Sequence record: DRR378314_391
Reading direction: 5' to 3' (one strand)
DNA: 64,000 bases
Shown here: in pieces, positions 51,348 through 62,650 of the stretch
Layout: each line of letters begins with the position of its first letter
Numbering within the stretch: position 1 is the first letter of the stretch
The notes under the pieces: generated by a model
Seen by the model: the letters and a program-made list of their open reading frames with translations, nothing else
What the model was told of the DNA's origin: nothing
Databases searched by the model: none
Made by a program: the position numbers and the translations under genes

Positions 51348-52817
51348 ATGAACGTCATTACGCGTTTTGCCCCTTCTCCCACCGGCATGCTGCACATTGG
51401 AGGGGCAAGGACGGCACTTTTCAACTACCTCTTCGCGAAACGTCACAACGGGAAGTTTCTTTTGCGGATCGAGGATACCGATCGCGCACGCTCAACGGAT
51501 GAGGCAACGGCGGCGATTCTGGAGGGCATGGACTGGCTCGGCCTGACGCCGGACGAAGCGCCGGTGATGCAGTTCCGCCAGGCGGCGCGGCACACTGAAG
51601 TCGCCAATGAGATGATTGCGCGAGGCACGGCCTTCCGCTGCTACGCTACGCCGGAAGAACTCCAGGCCCGCCGGGATCTGGGTGAAGAAAAGCGCCAGGC
51701 CGCCAAGGCAGACGGCATTTCGGAAGCGGAGAAGACCGCGCTGCTGGCTGAGGCGAATGAGCTGCTCGCCCCTTACCGGTCTCCTTGGCGCGATGGCGCC
51801 CCGTCCCCATCAGCCGATGCGCCTTTCACCGTGCGCCTGCGCGCGCCGGATGGCGGTGACCGCATCCTTGAAGATGGTGTTCAGGGCCGCGTGACCATTC
51901 AGGCGAGCGAACTGGACGACATGATCCTGCTGCGCGCCGATGGCACGCCTACTTACATGCTGGCAGTTGTGGTGGACGATCACGATATGGGCGTGACGCA
52001 CGTGATCCGCGGCGACGATCATTTGCGCAATGCGTTCCGCCAGATCCCGATCTATGAGGCGATGGGCTGGGACGTACCGACCTTTGCCCACGTCTCCCTG
52101 ATCCACGGACCAGATGGCGCGAAACTGTCCAAGCGCCACGGCGCGCTCTCCACGCTGGCCTATCGGGAAATGGGCTACCTGCCGGAAGCCATGAAGGCCT
52201 ATTTGCTCCGCCTCGGCTGGAGCCACGGCGATCAGGAAATCTTCACCGAGGCCGAGGCCATTTCCCTCTTCGATGTCGAGGGCATCAACAAGGCCCCTGC
52301 ACGCCTGGACCTGGAGAAGCTGGGCCAGATCAATTCCCATTTCATGCGCCTTGCCGATGATGATCGCCTGTTCGAATTGCTGAAGCCGCTGCTGGAGGCG
52401 GAGGCCCCGCTCAGCGAGGCGGAAGCCGGCCGGGTCCGTACGGCCCTGCCGCACATGAAGGATCGCGGCACCACGCTGCCAGAGCTTGCCGCTGCGTTCG
52501 CCTTCCTGCGTGACATTCGCCCGATTGAAATGAACAAGAAGGCGCGCAAGGCATTGTCCGAAGAAGGACTTGACCGGCTGGCGGGTCTGCGCGACGAACT
52601 GCAGCAATTGCGCCAATGGACCGCAGAAACTATATCGCTCGTCATAAGCTCGTATTGCGCTGACCGCGACCTTTCGATGGGACAGGTGGGTCAGCCACTC
52701 AGAGCTGCGCTCACGGGCGGGTTACCCGCGCCAGACATCGCTCCAGTCCTTGAATGGCTCGGGCAGGATGAGGCGCTGGGAAGAATTGAAGATCAAACGG
52801 CGAAAGCCGGGACCTAA
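51348..52817 (+). CDS. gltX: Glutamate--tRNA ligase
   Basis: [27 protein letters not shown]; start at ATG 51348. Confidence 0.96.
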   Translation: MNVITRFAPSPTGMLHIGGARTALFNYLFAKRHNGKFLLRIEDTDRARSTDEATAAILEGMDWLGLTPDEAPVMQFRQAARHTEVANEMIARGTAFRCYATPEELQARRDLGEEKRQAAKADGISEAEKTALLAEANELLAPYRSPWRDGAPSPSADAPFTVRLRAPDGGDRILEDGVQGRVTIQASELDDMILLRADGTPTYMLAVVVDDHDMGVTHVIRGDDHLRNAFRQIPIYEAMGWDVPTFAHVSLIHGPDGAKLSKRHGALSTLAYREMGYLPEAMKAYLLRLGWSHGDQEIFTEAEAISLFDVEGINKAPARLDLEKLGQINSHFMRLADDDRLFELLKPLLEAEAPLSEAEAGRVRTALPHMKDRGTTLPELAAAFAFLRDIRPIEMNKKARKALSEEGLDRLAGLRDELQQLRQWTAETISLVISSYCADRDLSMGQVGQPLRAALTGGLPAPDIAPVLEWLGQDEALGRIEDQTAKAGT

Positions 52818-52864
52818 TCCCGAGCGATGCCGAGTGGAACAATGATTTGGAAGGGCTAGAGTTG

Positions 52865-54169
52865 ATGGAAAACAAGACCAAAGACGCCGGTACGGCGAAG
52901 ATCGAGATTGACGGAAAGACCTATGACATGCCGGTACTGTCCGGCACCCACGGTCCAAACGTCGTGGACGTGCGCAAATTCTACGCGCAATCTGGACAGT
53001 TCACATTTGACCCGGGCTTCACCTCCACGGCGAGCTGTGAAAGCCAGATCACGTTCATCAACGGGGAAGAAGGCGTCCTGCTGCACCGCGGCTATCCGAT
53101 TGGCCAGCTGGCTGCGCAAGCAACCTTCCCGGAAGTATGCTACCTGATCCTGAATGGCGAACTGCCATCCAAGTCGGAACTCAGCACGTTCAACGACGAG
53201 ATCAAGCAGCACACCCTGCTCCACACACAACTGGACCGTTTCTTCGACGGCTTCCGCCGTGACAGCCACCCGATGGCCATGCTGACCGGTACGGTTGGCG
53301 CGATGGCGTCCTTCTACCCGGGTGCGATGGATAGCGAAGATCCGGAAGAGCGCCGCCTCGCTTCGATCCGCCTGATTGCCAAGATGCCGACGCTCTGCGC
53401 ACGCATCCTGAAGTACAATCTCGGCCAGAAATTCGTCGATCCTCGCAACGATCTGTCCTACGCCGAAAACTTCCTGAACATGTGCTTCTCGGTCACCGCC
53501 GAGGATTACAAAGTGGATCCAAAAATCGCCAAGGCGATGGACCGTTTCTTCATCCTGCACGCAGACCACGAGCAAAACGCGTCGACCTCGACCGTTCGCC
53601 TGGCAGGGTCTTCAGGCGCGCATCCATTCGCCGCTGTTGCGGCTGGCGTGGCCTGTCTCTGGGGTCCAAGCCATGGCGGCGCCAACGAGGCCTGCCTCAA
53701 CATGCTGCACGAAATCGGCACTGTGGACCGCATCCCGGAATTCATCGAGAAGGCAAAGGACAAGTCTGATCCGTTCCGCCTGATGGGCTTCGGTCACCGC
53801 GTCTACAAGAACTACGACCCGCGCGCGACCGTGATGCGCGAGTCTGCTCACGAAGTGCTCGACCTGCTTGGCCTGAAGGATCAACCGATCCTGAAAGTCG
53901 CCATGGAACTGGAGCGCATCGCTCTCGAAGACGAATACTTCGCAGAGAAAAAGCTCTACCCGAACGTCGACTTCTACTCCGGCATCATCCTCGATGCGAT
54001 CGGTTTCCCGAAGCAGATGTTCACCGTGCTGTTCTCGCTGGCCCGCACCGTCGGCTGGATTGCCCAGCTGAACGAGATGCTGGTCGACCCGACCCAACGC
54101 ATTGGTCGTCCGCGCCAGATCTACACCGGAGCCGCCATGCGCGACTACGTGCCGATGGACCAGCGCTAG
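52865..54169 (+). CDS. gltA: Citrate synthase (type II)
   Basis: [38 protein letters not shown]. Confidence 0.98.
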   Translation: MENKTKDAGTAKIEIDGKTYDMPVLSGTHGPNVVDVRKFYAQSGQFTFDPGFTSTASCESQITFINGEEGVLLHRGYPIGQLAAQATFPEVCYLILNGELPSKSELSTFNDEIKQHTLLHTQLDRFFDGFRRDSHPMAMLTGTVGAMASFYPGAMDSEDPEERRLASIRLIAKMPTLCARILKYNLGQKFVDPRNDLSYAENFLNMCFSVTAEDYKVDPKIAKAMDRFFILHADHEQNASTSTVRLAGSSGAHPFAAVAAGVACLWGPSHGGANEACLNMLHEIGTVDRIPEFIEKAKDKSDPFRLMGFGHRVYKNYDPRATVMRESAHEVLDLLGLKDQPILKVAMELERIALEDEYFAEKKLYPNVDFYSGIILDAIGFPKQMFTVLFSLARTVGWIAQLNEMLVDPTQRIGRPRQIYTGAAMRDYVPMDQR

Positions 54170-54193
54170 GCGCATTTCAGTATCCCGAACAAG

Positions 54194-54223
54194 AAAGGCC
54201 CCGACGTCGCGTCGGGGCCTTTT
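54194..54223. terminator. Intrinsic terminator between convergent gltA and entericidin genes
   Basis: AAAGGCCCCGACG-TCG-CGTCGGGGCCTTT(T). Confidence 0.85.
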
Positions 54224-54256
54224 GCGTTCTGAGGGCTGGAAAGACGAAGGCCGAAT

Positions 54257-54409
54257 CTATTTCGACATCTTCTCCTTCACGTCCCGCGCAGTTTCGGAGA
54301 CGACTTCGCCGCCTGCCTGAACATCGCGGCCAACGCCTTCGACCGTGTTGCACGCCGTCGCCAGCGGCAGCAGAGAGAGCGCAAGCGCTGCAGCCATGAG
54401 TTTCTTCAT
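54257..54409 (-). CDS. Entericidin EcnA/B family lipoprotein
   Basis: TACNTVEGVGRDVQAGG. Confidence 0.9.
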   Translation of the reverse strand: MKKLMAAALALSLLPLATACNTVEGVGRDVQAGGEVVSETARDVKEKMSK

Positions 54410-54567
54410 CTGGTCACTCCCATGAATATGAATGGCCAGAACAATGTGCCTGAAGCCCTCATTCGGCAAGGCGGCATGCGCGCCTCTGTGCTTTTTGCCG
54501 CTCTTTCACCCTCACCACCGCAAATGCCTGTTCCCTTTTCACCCGACTCCCTGCTAAAGCCCTGCGC

Positions 54568-55236
54568 ATGAAAACCGCTGTGATTGTCTTCCCCGGATCG
54601 AATTGTGACCGCGACGCCTATGACGCGCTTGCACAGGTAACCGGCCAGGCCCCGGCCATGGTCTGGCACAAGGACGGAACCATTCCGGACGGCACGGACC
54701 TCGTCATGGTCCCCGGTGGCTTCTCCTATGGCGACTATCTGCGCTGCGGCGCGATGGCTGGCAATTCACCGATCATCTCTCAGCTTCACGCGCATGCGGA
54801 GCGCGGCGGCTATGTGCTCGGCGTCTGCAATGGCTTCCAGATCCTGTGCGAAACGGGCCTCCTGCCTGGCGCGCTGATGCGCAATGCATCGCTCCACTTT
54901 GTTTGCCGTCCACAGGCGTTAAGCGTGGAGTCAGCGAACACGGCCTATACCAGCGCCTATTCCGGTACGCCGGAAGTCGTCATTCCGGTCGCGCATCATG
55001 ACGGCAATTATTTCGCCGATGATGCGACGCTGGACACGCTGGAAGGCGAAGGCCGCGTGGCATTCCGTTATGCCAAGGGCCAGAACCCGAATGGCTCGGC
55101 GCGCGACATCGCGGGCATCCTCAGCGAGAATGGCCGCATCCTTGGCATGATGCCCCACCCGGAGCGCGCCATTGGCGGGCATGAAGGCGGCACCGACGGT
55201 CTTGGCGTCTTCGAAAGCCTGCTTAGCGCGGCCTAG
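54568..55236 (+). CDS. purQ: FGAM synthase glutaminase subunit PurQ
   Basis: [32 protein letters not shown]. Confidence 0.97.
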   Translation: MKTAVIVFPGSNCDRDAYDALAQVTGQAPAMVWHKDGTIPDGTDLVMVPGGFSYGDYLRCGAMAGNSPIISQLHAHAERGGYVLGVCNGFQILCETGLLPGALMRNASLHFVCRPQALSVESANTAYTSAYSGTPEVVIPVAHHDGNYFADDATLDTLEGEGRVAFRYAKGQNPNGSARDIAGILSENGRILGMMPHPERAIGGHEGGTDGLGVFESLLSAA

Positions 55237-55268
55237 CCTCTACTACCCAATCGGCTTCGAGATAGTTC

Positions 55269-55307
55269 TTGACGCTCCGCACACCGGGCATTATCGAATT
55301 TCGATAA
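55269..55307 (+). promoter_or_regulatory. Sigma70 promoter with an overlapping 8-1-8 palindrome
   Basis: TTGACG-N17-TATCGA; TTATCGAA-T-TTCGATAA at 55291-55307. Confidence 0.6.
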
Positions 55308-55329
55308 AGCCGTGCCGGAGGGGAAACGC

Positions 55330-56526
55330 ATGACATATCTCGAGGAAAGTCAGGCTGCTGGCCGCGAAATATTCCCGGACCTCGCCCGCGCATGGGCACT
55401 CTTCGGCATAGCGCTGGTCAATGTTGGCGTGCTCGCCTGGCCGATGATGAGCAGCTATCATTATGAGGGTGCTGCCCCGACTTCGCTCGATACAGCCGCC
55501 TGGTTTGGCGTGAATGCGCTGTTCCTGATGAAGTCCTACTCACTGTTTTCCTTCATGTTCGGAGTGGGCTTTGCCTATCAGATGCAATCGGCCGCGCGGC
55601 GCGGCGTCGCCTTTTCGGGGCGATACTGGCGCCGCATCATCGGCTTGCTCGCCTTTGGCGCCCTCAACATTGCCTGCTTCTTCTTCGGCGATATTCTCGT
55701 CGTCTATGCTGTTCTCGGGACGATCCTGTTCCTGTTCCGCAATGCATCCCAGAAAACCCTCATAGTGTGGGGGTGCATCATCTATGGCATCCAGATCCTG
55801 GTGATCGGACTGATGGCACTGATGGTCTATCTGGGGGTGACGTTCGCGCCGGAAGAAATGGCGAAGACAGCAGCGGAATTTGCGGTCGAAGATTCAAGAG
55901 CCATTGAGGTCTTTGGATCAGGCAGCTTCCTTGATGCGGCAGCGTACCGGACGAGCGAATACGTTTCGGGGTTCCCGTTTATACTGATGTTCCAGGGCTT
56001 TGGCGCATTTGCCTTCTTCCTGTTCGGACTCGCCGCCGTGCGCAGCGGTGTCATAGCTCGCGCATCCGCCCCAATCTGGAAGCCCGCCCGGCGGTACGCT
56101 CTGCCGCTCGGCCTGCTGATCAGCGGCGCCGGAGGCTGGCTCATGCTTGTCGGAACCGGCATGATGGATCCTCTGATGATGCTTGGCATGTTGCTCATAG
56201 CCATTGGCAGCCCATTCTCCACGTTTGGTTATCTCGGCGTGATCGCCAAATGGGCGGAAGGTGAGCCGGGCCCGATCACGGTATTCTTTGCGAGAGGTGG
56301 CACGTCGTCACTCACAGCCTATTTGCTGCAGGGCCTGATCTTTTCGCTGCTGTTCAGTGCCTACGGATTCGGCCTGTTCGCAGAATTGACCGCAGCGCAG
56401 AGCATTGGTGTCGCTTTCCTCGTCGCCCTGTTCAGCGTCACCTTCGCAAGCCTCTGGCGCGTTGCCTTCAAACGCGGCCCGATGGAAGTGATCCTGCGCA
56501 ACTGGACCTATCTCGGCGCGCGTTAG
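55330..56526 (+). CDS. DUF418/YeiB family membrane protein
   Basis: D.AR..ALFGI..VN, LFSFMFGVG, GDIL..YA, SLTAYL.Q, GPME. Confidence 0.9.
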   Translation: MTYLEESQAAGREIFPDLARAWALFGIALVNVGVLAWPMMSSYHYEGAAPTSLDTAAWFGVNALFLMKSYSLFSFMFGVGFAYQMQSAARRGVAFSGRYWRRIIGLLAFGALNIACFFFGDILVVYAVLGTILFLFRNASQKTLIVWGCIIYGIQILVIGLMALMVYLGVTFAPEEMAKTAAEFAVEDSRAIEVFGSGSFLDAAAYRTSEYVSGFPFILMFQGFGAFAFFLFGLAAVRSGVIARASAPIWKPARRYALPLGLLISGAGGWLMLVGTGMMDPLMMLGMLLIAIGSPFSTFGYLGVIAKWAEGEPGPITVFFARGGTSSLTAYLLQGLIFSLLFSAYGFGLFAELTAAQSIGVAFLVALFSVTFASLWRVAFKRGPMEVILRNWTYLGAR

Positions 56527-56590
56527 GCAGTTGTGACTTGCCCTTGAGACCGGCTTCCCGCTCTATGGACGAAAGACCGGAGGCCCTCAC

Positions 56591-57610
56591 ATGTCCGCGC
56601 ACTCAGACCTGATCCAGAAGCTCCCCAAGGCCGAACTGCACCTTCACATTGAAGGCAGTTTCGAGCCGGAAATGATGATGACGCTGGCCGAGCGTAACCG
56701 GATCGACATCCCCTTCAAGACGCTGGACGAGGCCAAGGCTGCCTACGATTTCAACAATCTGCAGGAATTCCTCGATCTCTACTATCAGGGCATGAATGTC
56801 CTTCGCACCGAGCAGGACTTTCACGAGATGACGTTCGCCTACTTGCAGCGCGCAAAGGCGGACAATGTCGTTCATGTCGAAATGTTTTTCGACCCACAGG
56901 CTCACACGGAGCGCGGGGTGGCCTTTGGCGCTGTCACAGAAGGTATTCTGAGTGCGCTGGAGCGGGGTGAGAAAGAACTCGGCATCACGTCCGAACTGAT
57001 CATGAGCTTCTTGAGGCATCTCACCGAGGAGGACGGTTTCATCCTGCTGGATGAGTCGACGCCCTGGCACGAACACTTTGTCGGAGTTGGGCTCGACAGT
57101 TCCGAAGTCGGCCACCCGCCCCTGAAATTCCAGCGCCTGTTCGAGCGGTGTCGCGAACTCGGGTTCAAGCTCTGTCTCCATGCGGGCGAAGAAGGTCCGC
57201 CGGAATATGTACGTGAAGCCTTGCTGGACATTGGCGCAGACCGGATCGATCACGGCAATCGGGCGATGGAAGATCCGGCGCTCATTGAAATCTTGCGCGA
57301 CACGCAGATTCCCCTGACCAACTGCCCGCTCTCCAACCTGTCACTGTGCGTACTGGACGATTTGCGAAAGAGCCCGGTGAAGCGTCAGCTCGAAGAAGGT
57401 CTGCTCGTCTGCGTGAACTCTGACGATCCCGCTTATTTCGGCGGCTATATCGGGCAAAACTATGAGGCGATCACCGAAGCGCTCGAACTATCGTCAGATC
57501 AGATCGTCCAGCTCGCCAAGAACAGCTTTACAGGTTCCTTCCTGCCGGACGATCAGAAGACAAAGCACGTCGCCGCAATCGATCAGATTGCAGCGACGAT
57601 GGGAGGCTGA
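56591..57610 (+). CDS. Adenosine deaminase family protein (probably adenine deaminase subtype)
   Basis: PKAELHLHIEG, FFDPQ.H, FLRHL, HAGEEG, NSDDPAYF. Confidence 0.92.
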   Translation: MSAHSDLIQKLPKAELHLHIEGSFEPEMMMTLAERNRIDIPFKTLDEAKAAYDFNNLQEFLDLYYQGMNVLRTEQDFHEMTFAYLQRAKADNVVHVEMFFDPQAHTERGVAFGAVTEGILSALERGEKELGITSELIMSFLRHLTEEDGFILLDESTPWHEHFVGVGLDSSEVGHPPLKFQRLFERCRELGFKLCLHAGEEGPPEYVREALLDIGADRIDHGNRAMEDPALIEILRDTQIPLTNCPLSNLSLCVLDDLRKSPVKRQLEEGLLVCVNSDDPAYFGGYIGQNYEAITEALELSSDQIVQLAKNSFTGSFLPDDQKTKHVAAIDQIAATMGG

Positions 57611-58252
57611 TCAGGAGCCGGTTGCCGGATCTTCGGATTCTTCCATTTCCGCGTCCTCGGCATCGCTCGCGCCCTCGGCTTCAAGGCTGGTATCGATTGG
57701 CGGACGGCAGGATTCGATCAGGGCTTCGACCCGTTCATCTGTCGGGACGACATATTCGCTCTGTGCCACCACCAGGCGCAGGTCACCTGCGCCATTGGCA
57801 AGCGCACGAGCGGCTTGGGACCTGGTGTCGAAGACGCCGGACACTTCCCCCGCATCCTCATCCAGTTGGGCCGGAATGGCTGCGTTCCCAGCGGAGGTCA
57901 GCAGGCCAATCTGGTTTGGCGCTTCATCGTCGGAATAGACGCGTCGCATGACGAGCGCATTCGCAGCGCCTTCGCCCGCAAATGCGTCCGGCTTCTGGCA
58001 CGTCAGCGAAACCAGAACCGTCTCGCCATCTTCCGAAACGAATTCAAGGCGTTCTCCAGACGTTGCATCTGCGTCAGCCCAGCTTCCCGCGGCCTGAGTG
58101 ACCTGCCTTTCAGGTTGCTTCGTTTCAGGCTTTTCCTTGTCAGATGAGGCTATGGGCGACGGTGCGGGCATCGTGTCTCCACCAGTCTGGCTGACCTCAG
58201 AGCCGCACGCCACGAGCGCCAGCGGCGCGGCAAACAAAAGCAAGTGTCTCAT
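57611..58252 (-). CDS. Hypothetical lipoprotein
   Basis: Lipobox LVAC, two further Cys, acidic tail. Confidence 0.75.
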   Translation of the reverse strand: MRHLLLFAAPLALVACGSEVSQTGGDTMPAPSPIASSDKEKPETKQPERQVTQAAGSWADADATSGERLEFVSEDGETVLVSLTCQKPDAFAGEGAANALVMRRVYSDDEAPNQIGLLTSAGNAAIPAQLDEDAGEVSGVFDTRSQAARALANGAGDLRLVVAQSEYVVPTDERVEALIESCRPPIDTSLEAEGASDAEDAEMEESEDPATGS

Positions 58253-58416
58253 GGTCGGGGTCCTTTCCAATCGCTGTCCCGGTTGCCCAATGAAACGCGC
58301 ATCTGTCCGGCGCGGTTTCCGTTAAATCCTGTCCATCATGGCAAATCGTTCATCTTCGGCGGCTGAACCGCAATAGAGTCTGGCGACTCGGGCCATTTGC
58401 GGTTAAAGCGCCGGGC

Positions 58417-60684
58417 ATGACTGACACATCTGCGATCCTCGCCCACCTCACCGCCGAGCAGGACGATACTGCCGGCCTGGAACATGGCATCAAGGCCGAT
58501 GAATGGGAGCGGCTGGTCTCCCGACTCGGACGCAAGCCGAACCTTGTCGAACTCGGCATCTATTCGGTGATGTGGTCAGAGCATTGCTCCTACAAATCCT
58601 CGCGTCGTCACCTGTCCAAATTCCCGACGAAGAATGACCGAGTCATTCAGGGCCCCGGCGAGAATGCGGGTGTGATCGACATTGGCGACGGACAGGCCGC
58701 TATCTTCAAGATGGAGAGCCACAACCACCCGTCCTATATCGAGCCCTACCAAGGCGCGGCGACTGGCGTGGGCGGCATTCTGCGCGACGTATTCACGATG
58801 GGCGCGCGGCCGATTGCGCTGGTCAATGCGCTGCGCTTTGGCGATCCGAGCCATCCAAAAACGCGCAGCCTGGTGGCCGGCGTCGTCGCCGGTATTGGCG
58901 GATACGGCAATTGTGTCGGTGTGCCGACCGTCGCGGGAGAGACCCAGTTCGACGAAGGCTATAATGGCAACATCCTCGTCAACGCGATGGCTGTGGGCCT
59001 GGCCGATCAGGACAAGATTTTCTATGCGCGCGGCGCGACGCCCGGCAACCCGATCTTCTATGTCGGCTCCAAAACGGGTCGTGACGGCATCCACGGCGCC
59101 ACGATGGCGTCTGCCGAATTCTCCGAAGGCGACGAGGAAAAGCGCCCGACGGTTCAGGTCGGTGACCCATTCACCGAAAAGCTGCTGATCGAAGCCTGTC
59201 TAGAGCTGATGGCGACCGATGCCATTCAGGCGATCCAGGACATGGGCGCAGCGGGCCTGACCTCTTCCTCCGTCGAGATGGCCGCAAGCGGCGGCGAGAA
59301 TGGCGAAGGCATTGGCGTGGTCATGGACCTCGACAAGGTTCCACAGCGCGAAGAAGGCATGACGGCCTACGAGATCATGCTGTCGGAAAGCCAGGAGCGC
59401 ATGCTAATGGTGCTCTATCCAGACAAGATCGACGTCGCGAAGGCGATCTTCGAGAAATATGATCTCGACGCAGAAGTTATCGGCGAGACGACCGACAATG
59501 GCCATCTCGTGTTGAGACAGTTTGGTGAAACGGTTTGCGATATTCCTGTCGCGCCTTTGGCCGACGACGCACCAAATTATGACCGCCCCTGGACCGAGCC
59601 GCCAAAGCGCGCGCCGCTGGACATCACGAAGTATCCCGAGCCGGAAAATTATGGCGATGTTCTGCTGAAGCTGATGTCGTCTCCCGATATGGCATCCAAG
59701 CGCTGGATTTGGGAACAGTACGACCGGCACGTCATGGGCGACACGGTCGACTCCTCACAGAGCCAGGGCGACGCCGCGATTGTGCGTATCCACGGAACGA
59801 ACAAGGCACTCGCCATCTGTTCCGACTGCAACCCACACTATGTGGCCGCAGACCCCTTTGAGGGCGGCAAGGCGGTCGTAGCAGAAGCCTATCGCAACCT
59901 GTCCGCCGTCGGCGCCACGCCGATCGCGATCACGGACAATCTGAATTTCGGCAACCCGGAAAAGCCAGCCACGATGGGCTATATCGTCAAAGCCATTGAA
60001 GGCATGGCCGAGGCCTGCCGCGAGCTCGACTTCCCCGTCGTGTCCGGCAATGTGAGCCTCTACAACGAGACTGACGGCAAGGCGATCCCGCCGACGCCAG
60101 TGGTCGGCGGTGTGGGCCTGATCGAGGATGTGTCGAAAATTGCGACGCTGAAAGGTGCGCAGGATGGCGACCTGGCCTTCCTGATCGGTGACGCTGGAAG
60201 TGAGTTGGGCGCAAGCCTGTACGCTCGCACAATCCTCTCGCTCAAGGGCGAGGACCTTGGGGCACCGCCATCCGTCGATCTGTCTACCACAGTTAAAACC
60301 GCCGGGACTGTCCGGAATCTCGTCACGTCGGGAATGGTTGCGGCCGTCCACGACGCCAGCGATGGCGGCATGGCCTGCGCGGTGACAGAAATGGCGCTCG
60401 CTGCTGGCATGGGTGTGGAAATCTACGCCCCAGCGGAGAGTACGTCGGCATTCCTCTTCGGCGAGAATCATGACCGGTATGTCGTGGCTGTATCAGCCGA
60501 TCAGGAAGAAGCATTTCGCAAGGCTATCGGCGAGGCCGGACTGTCGCTCACACAAGTGGGTAAGTTTGGCGGTGATGCGATTGGCTTCAAGGTCGTTGGC
60601 GCTGCGGAGCAGTCCTTGCCTGTAGCGGCGCTGCGTGAGGCCCATGAAGGCTGGCTGCCGTCCTACATGAACTCCGTCGACTGA
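58417..60684 (+). CDS. purL: FGAM synthase subunit PurL
   Basis: [38 protein letters not shown]. Confidence 0.98.
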   Translation: MTDTSAILAHLTAEQDDTAGLEHGIKADEWERLVSRLGRKPNLVELGIYSVMWSEHCSYKSSRRHLSKFPTKNDRVIQGPGENAGVIDIGDGQAAIFKMESHNHPSYIEPYQGAATGVGGILRDVFTMGARPIALVNALRFGDPSHPKTRSLVAGVVAGIGGYGNCVGVPTVAGETQFDEGYNGNILVNAMAVGLADQDKIFYARGATPGNPIFYVGSKTGRDGIHGATMASAEFSEGDEEKRPTVQVGDPFTEKLLIEACLELMATDAIQAIQDMGAAGLTSSSVEMAASGGENGEGIGVVMDLDKVPQREEGMTAYEIMLSESQERMLMVLYPDKIDVAKAIFEKYDLDAEVIGETTDNGHLVLRQFGETVCDIPVAPLADDAPNYDRPWTEPPKRAPLDITKYPEPENYGDVLLKLMSSPDMASKRWIWEQYDRHVMGDTVDSSQSQGDAAIVRIHGTNKALAICSDCNPHYVAADPFEGGKAVVAEAYRNLSAVGATPIAITDNLNFGNPEKPATMGYIVKAIEGMAEACRELDFPVVSGNVSLYNETDGKAIPPTPVVGGVGLIEDVSKIATLKGAQDGDLAFLIGDAGSELGASLYARTILSLKGEDLGAPPSVDLSTTVKTAGTVRNLVTSGMVAAVHDASDGGMACAVTEMALAAGMGVEIYAPAESTSAFLFGENHDRYVVAVSADQEEAFRKAIGEAGLSLTQVGKFGGDAIGFKVVGAAEQSLPVAALREAHEGWLPSYMNSVD

Positions 60685-60689
60685 ACGAG

Positions 60690-60721
60690 AAACACCCCTC
60701 CTGCATTCTGCAGAAGGGGTG
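60690..60721. terminator. Hairpin between convergent purL and OMP genes
   Basis: CACCCCTCCTGCA-TTC-TGCAGAAGGGGTG with one mismatch; short A-run on the left. Confidence 0.6.
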
Positions 60722-60746
60722 CTCGCTCTGGTGATCAAGTGTCAGA

Positions 60747-61364
60747 TTAGAACTTGTAACCAACACCCAGCATCACACCATTCGTGTCGGTGTCTTCGAA
60801 CGAATAGTAGGTGTAGTCACCGCGCAGCTGCCAGTTCTCGGTCAGGTCGTAAGTTACACCCGCACCAACGGCTGGGCCTTCCTCGGAATCTTCGACGGTG
60901 ATGGGGGCACCGCCCGGTGTGGCCAGCGAGGCATCAAGGTCGATGTAGGCATAACCAGCCCGTGCAAACAGGTCCATGCGTTCCGTTACCGGAAGGTCTG
61001 CACGACCATAGAGTCCCACCAGATAGTTCAGGCCGATATCGCCCGACGCAGCGATCAGGTCGTTGAAATCGCCATCATTGTTGTCATCGAGATTGAACTC
61101 GTCTTCATCGACATTGTAGTCAAACTCGCCATCATCAATGCCGGAGGCCAATTCACCTTCAAGGCTAAAGACATTGTTGAACTTGTAACCGAGACGTGCG
61201 GCGATGCCGTTCGTGTCAACACCTTGCTCTGCACCGTCAGGTTCGATTTCGAGATATTGATAACCGCCGTCCAGATAGAAGCCGGTATCGCTGTCATAAG
61301 ACTGGGCCTGTGCACCCATAGCCAGGCCTGTTGCCGTCGATGCGATCAGAAAATACTTAAACAT
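60747..61364 (-). CDS. Outer membrane beta-barrel protein (OmpA-like transmembrane family)
   Basis: Signal peptide AQA, ARLGY.FN, FARAGY, C-terminal GYKF. Confidence 0.88.
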   Translation of the reverse strand: MFKYFLIASTATGLAMGAQAQSYDSDTGFYLDGGYQYLEIEPDGAEQGVDTNGIAARLGYKFNNVFSLEGELASGIDDGEFDYNVDEDEFNLDDNNDGDFNDLIAASGDIGLNYLVGLYGRADLPVTERMDLFARAGYAYIDLDASLATPGGAPITVEDSEEGPAVGAGVTYDLTENWQLRGDYTYYSFEDTDTNGVMLGVGYKF

Positions 61365-61419
61365 GTGGTCTCCTTTAAAGACGTGATCAGCTCCCGCCAG
61401 AGCGGCGAGACCACAAGGA

Positions 61420-61445
61420 AACCGTGTCTGAACTGTGTCCGTTCC
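61420..61445 (-). promoter_or_regulatory. Candidate EcfG-type promoter for the OMP gene
   Basis: GGAAC-N17-GGTT on the minus strand. Confidence 0.55.
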
Positions 61446-61657
61446 GATGACAAATCCGCAACCTGCACACGTTGCCGCAAAGCCACACATTCTTAATGCG
61501 GATTAATCACTATTACCGTTGTTTTATATAAGTATTTTTCAGGTTTCAGCCGGCCCTGAGACGACCCGAAAAAGCCGACTGGCAGTCTCTCTGGAACCAA
61601 ATTCAACCTCCAACGTTTGCGCCCACCTGTTCTTTACAGGATCAATATGAACCCCTG

Positions 61658-62650
61658 CTATTCTGGCGCGCTGGAGAGTGAGATCCATTCATCCATTCTA
61701 TCGACCGTCATTGCCAGAGTGTCACCCGCACGCACGAAGAAATCATGCGTGATATTCAGGTAGTCATCAGACGGATCATGATAGCCATCATGATCTTCGA
61801 CACCGAAATAGAGAAACGGGATACCGACTTCGTGAAAGGCGACATGATCTGACTGGCTCGTCCAGTCATCATATCCAAGATCCGGAGAATCATGGCCGGT
61901 CAGGAGCGTAACCGGTGCGTCTGTGGAAAGCGCCTCTATCACTGGCTTAAGTTGCGGATAGGGTGTTGTCCCGGCCACATAAAGCTCTCCCGCTTCGGAT
62001 CGGCTGACCATGTCAAAATTGATATTCAGGGCCACGCGTGACAAGTCGATCAGGCCAGATCTCACTATCGCGCGCGCGCCCAACATGCCCTTCTCTTCGG
62101 CATCGAGCGCTGCGAACACAATGTCATGGGTCGGAGGATTGCGACGAAAATAATCCGCAACACCGATCAACGCCGCAACGCCGGAGGCATTGTCGTCCGC
62201 ACCATTGTAAATTTCGCCCTTCTGAATTCCGAGGTGGTCATAATGCGCCGTCACGACCAGCATCGGCCCTTCGCCGGGTGTCTCGCCTGCAATCCAGCCG
62301 ATCAAATTCGTGCCTTTGTCCGGCGTGCCGTCCTCTGCGTCTGTCTGAATGATTGCGAACTCGTGCGCATACGTCTCGCCGAGCCGGCGCAGGCCAAGAG
62401 TCTCGAACCGTTTGAGAATGAACCCTTGAGCAGCCGCATTGCCCGACGTTCCGGTTTCCCGTCCCTCCAGCGCATCCGATGACAAAGTCTCGGTGAAGTT
62501 CAGCATTGCCGGGCCATCAATATAAATTGGTCGATACTGGTTCAGCGCTGGCTCAGTCTCCTGATCCTGATTCATGTAGACGAACACAACGCCGATAATG
62601 GTCAGAACGAAAAGAACTTCAGCGAGAATGAAGGCGCGCAGCTTGGTCAT
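61658..62650 (-). CDS. M28 family metallopeptidase, membrane-anchored
   Basis: AHYDHLG, NGADDNASG, AEEKG, SDH..F, YHDPSD. Confidence 0.92.
   Translation of the reverse strand: MTKLRAFILAEVLFVLTIIGVVFVYMNQDQETEPALNQYRPIYIDGPAMLNFTETLSSDALEGRETGTSGNAAAQGFILKRFETLGLRRLGETYAHEFAIIQTDAEDGTPDKGTNLIGWIAGETPGEGPMLVVTAHYDHLGIQKGEIYNGADDNASGVAALIGVADYFRRNPPTHDIVFAALDAEEKGMLGARAIVRSGLIDLSRVALNINFDMVSRSEAGELYVAGTTPYPQLKPVIEALSTDAPVTLLTGHDSPDLGYDDWTSQSDHVAFHEVGIPFLYFGVEDHDGYHDPSDDYLNITHDFFVRAGDTLAMTVDRMDEWISLSSAPE

Noticed and set aside
54410..54540. EcfG promoter for the entericidin gene
   Set aside because: GGAAC is present but no properly spaced CGTT
61493..61506. TTAA-N6-TTAA as a CtrA site
   Set aside because: CtrA consensus needs N7 spacing; region is AT-rich
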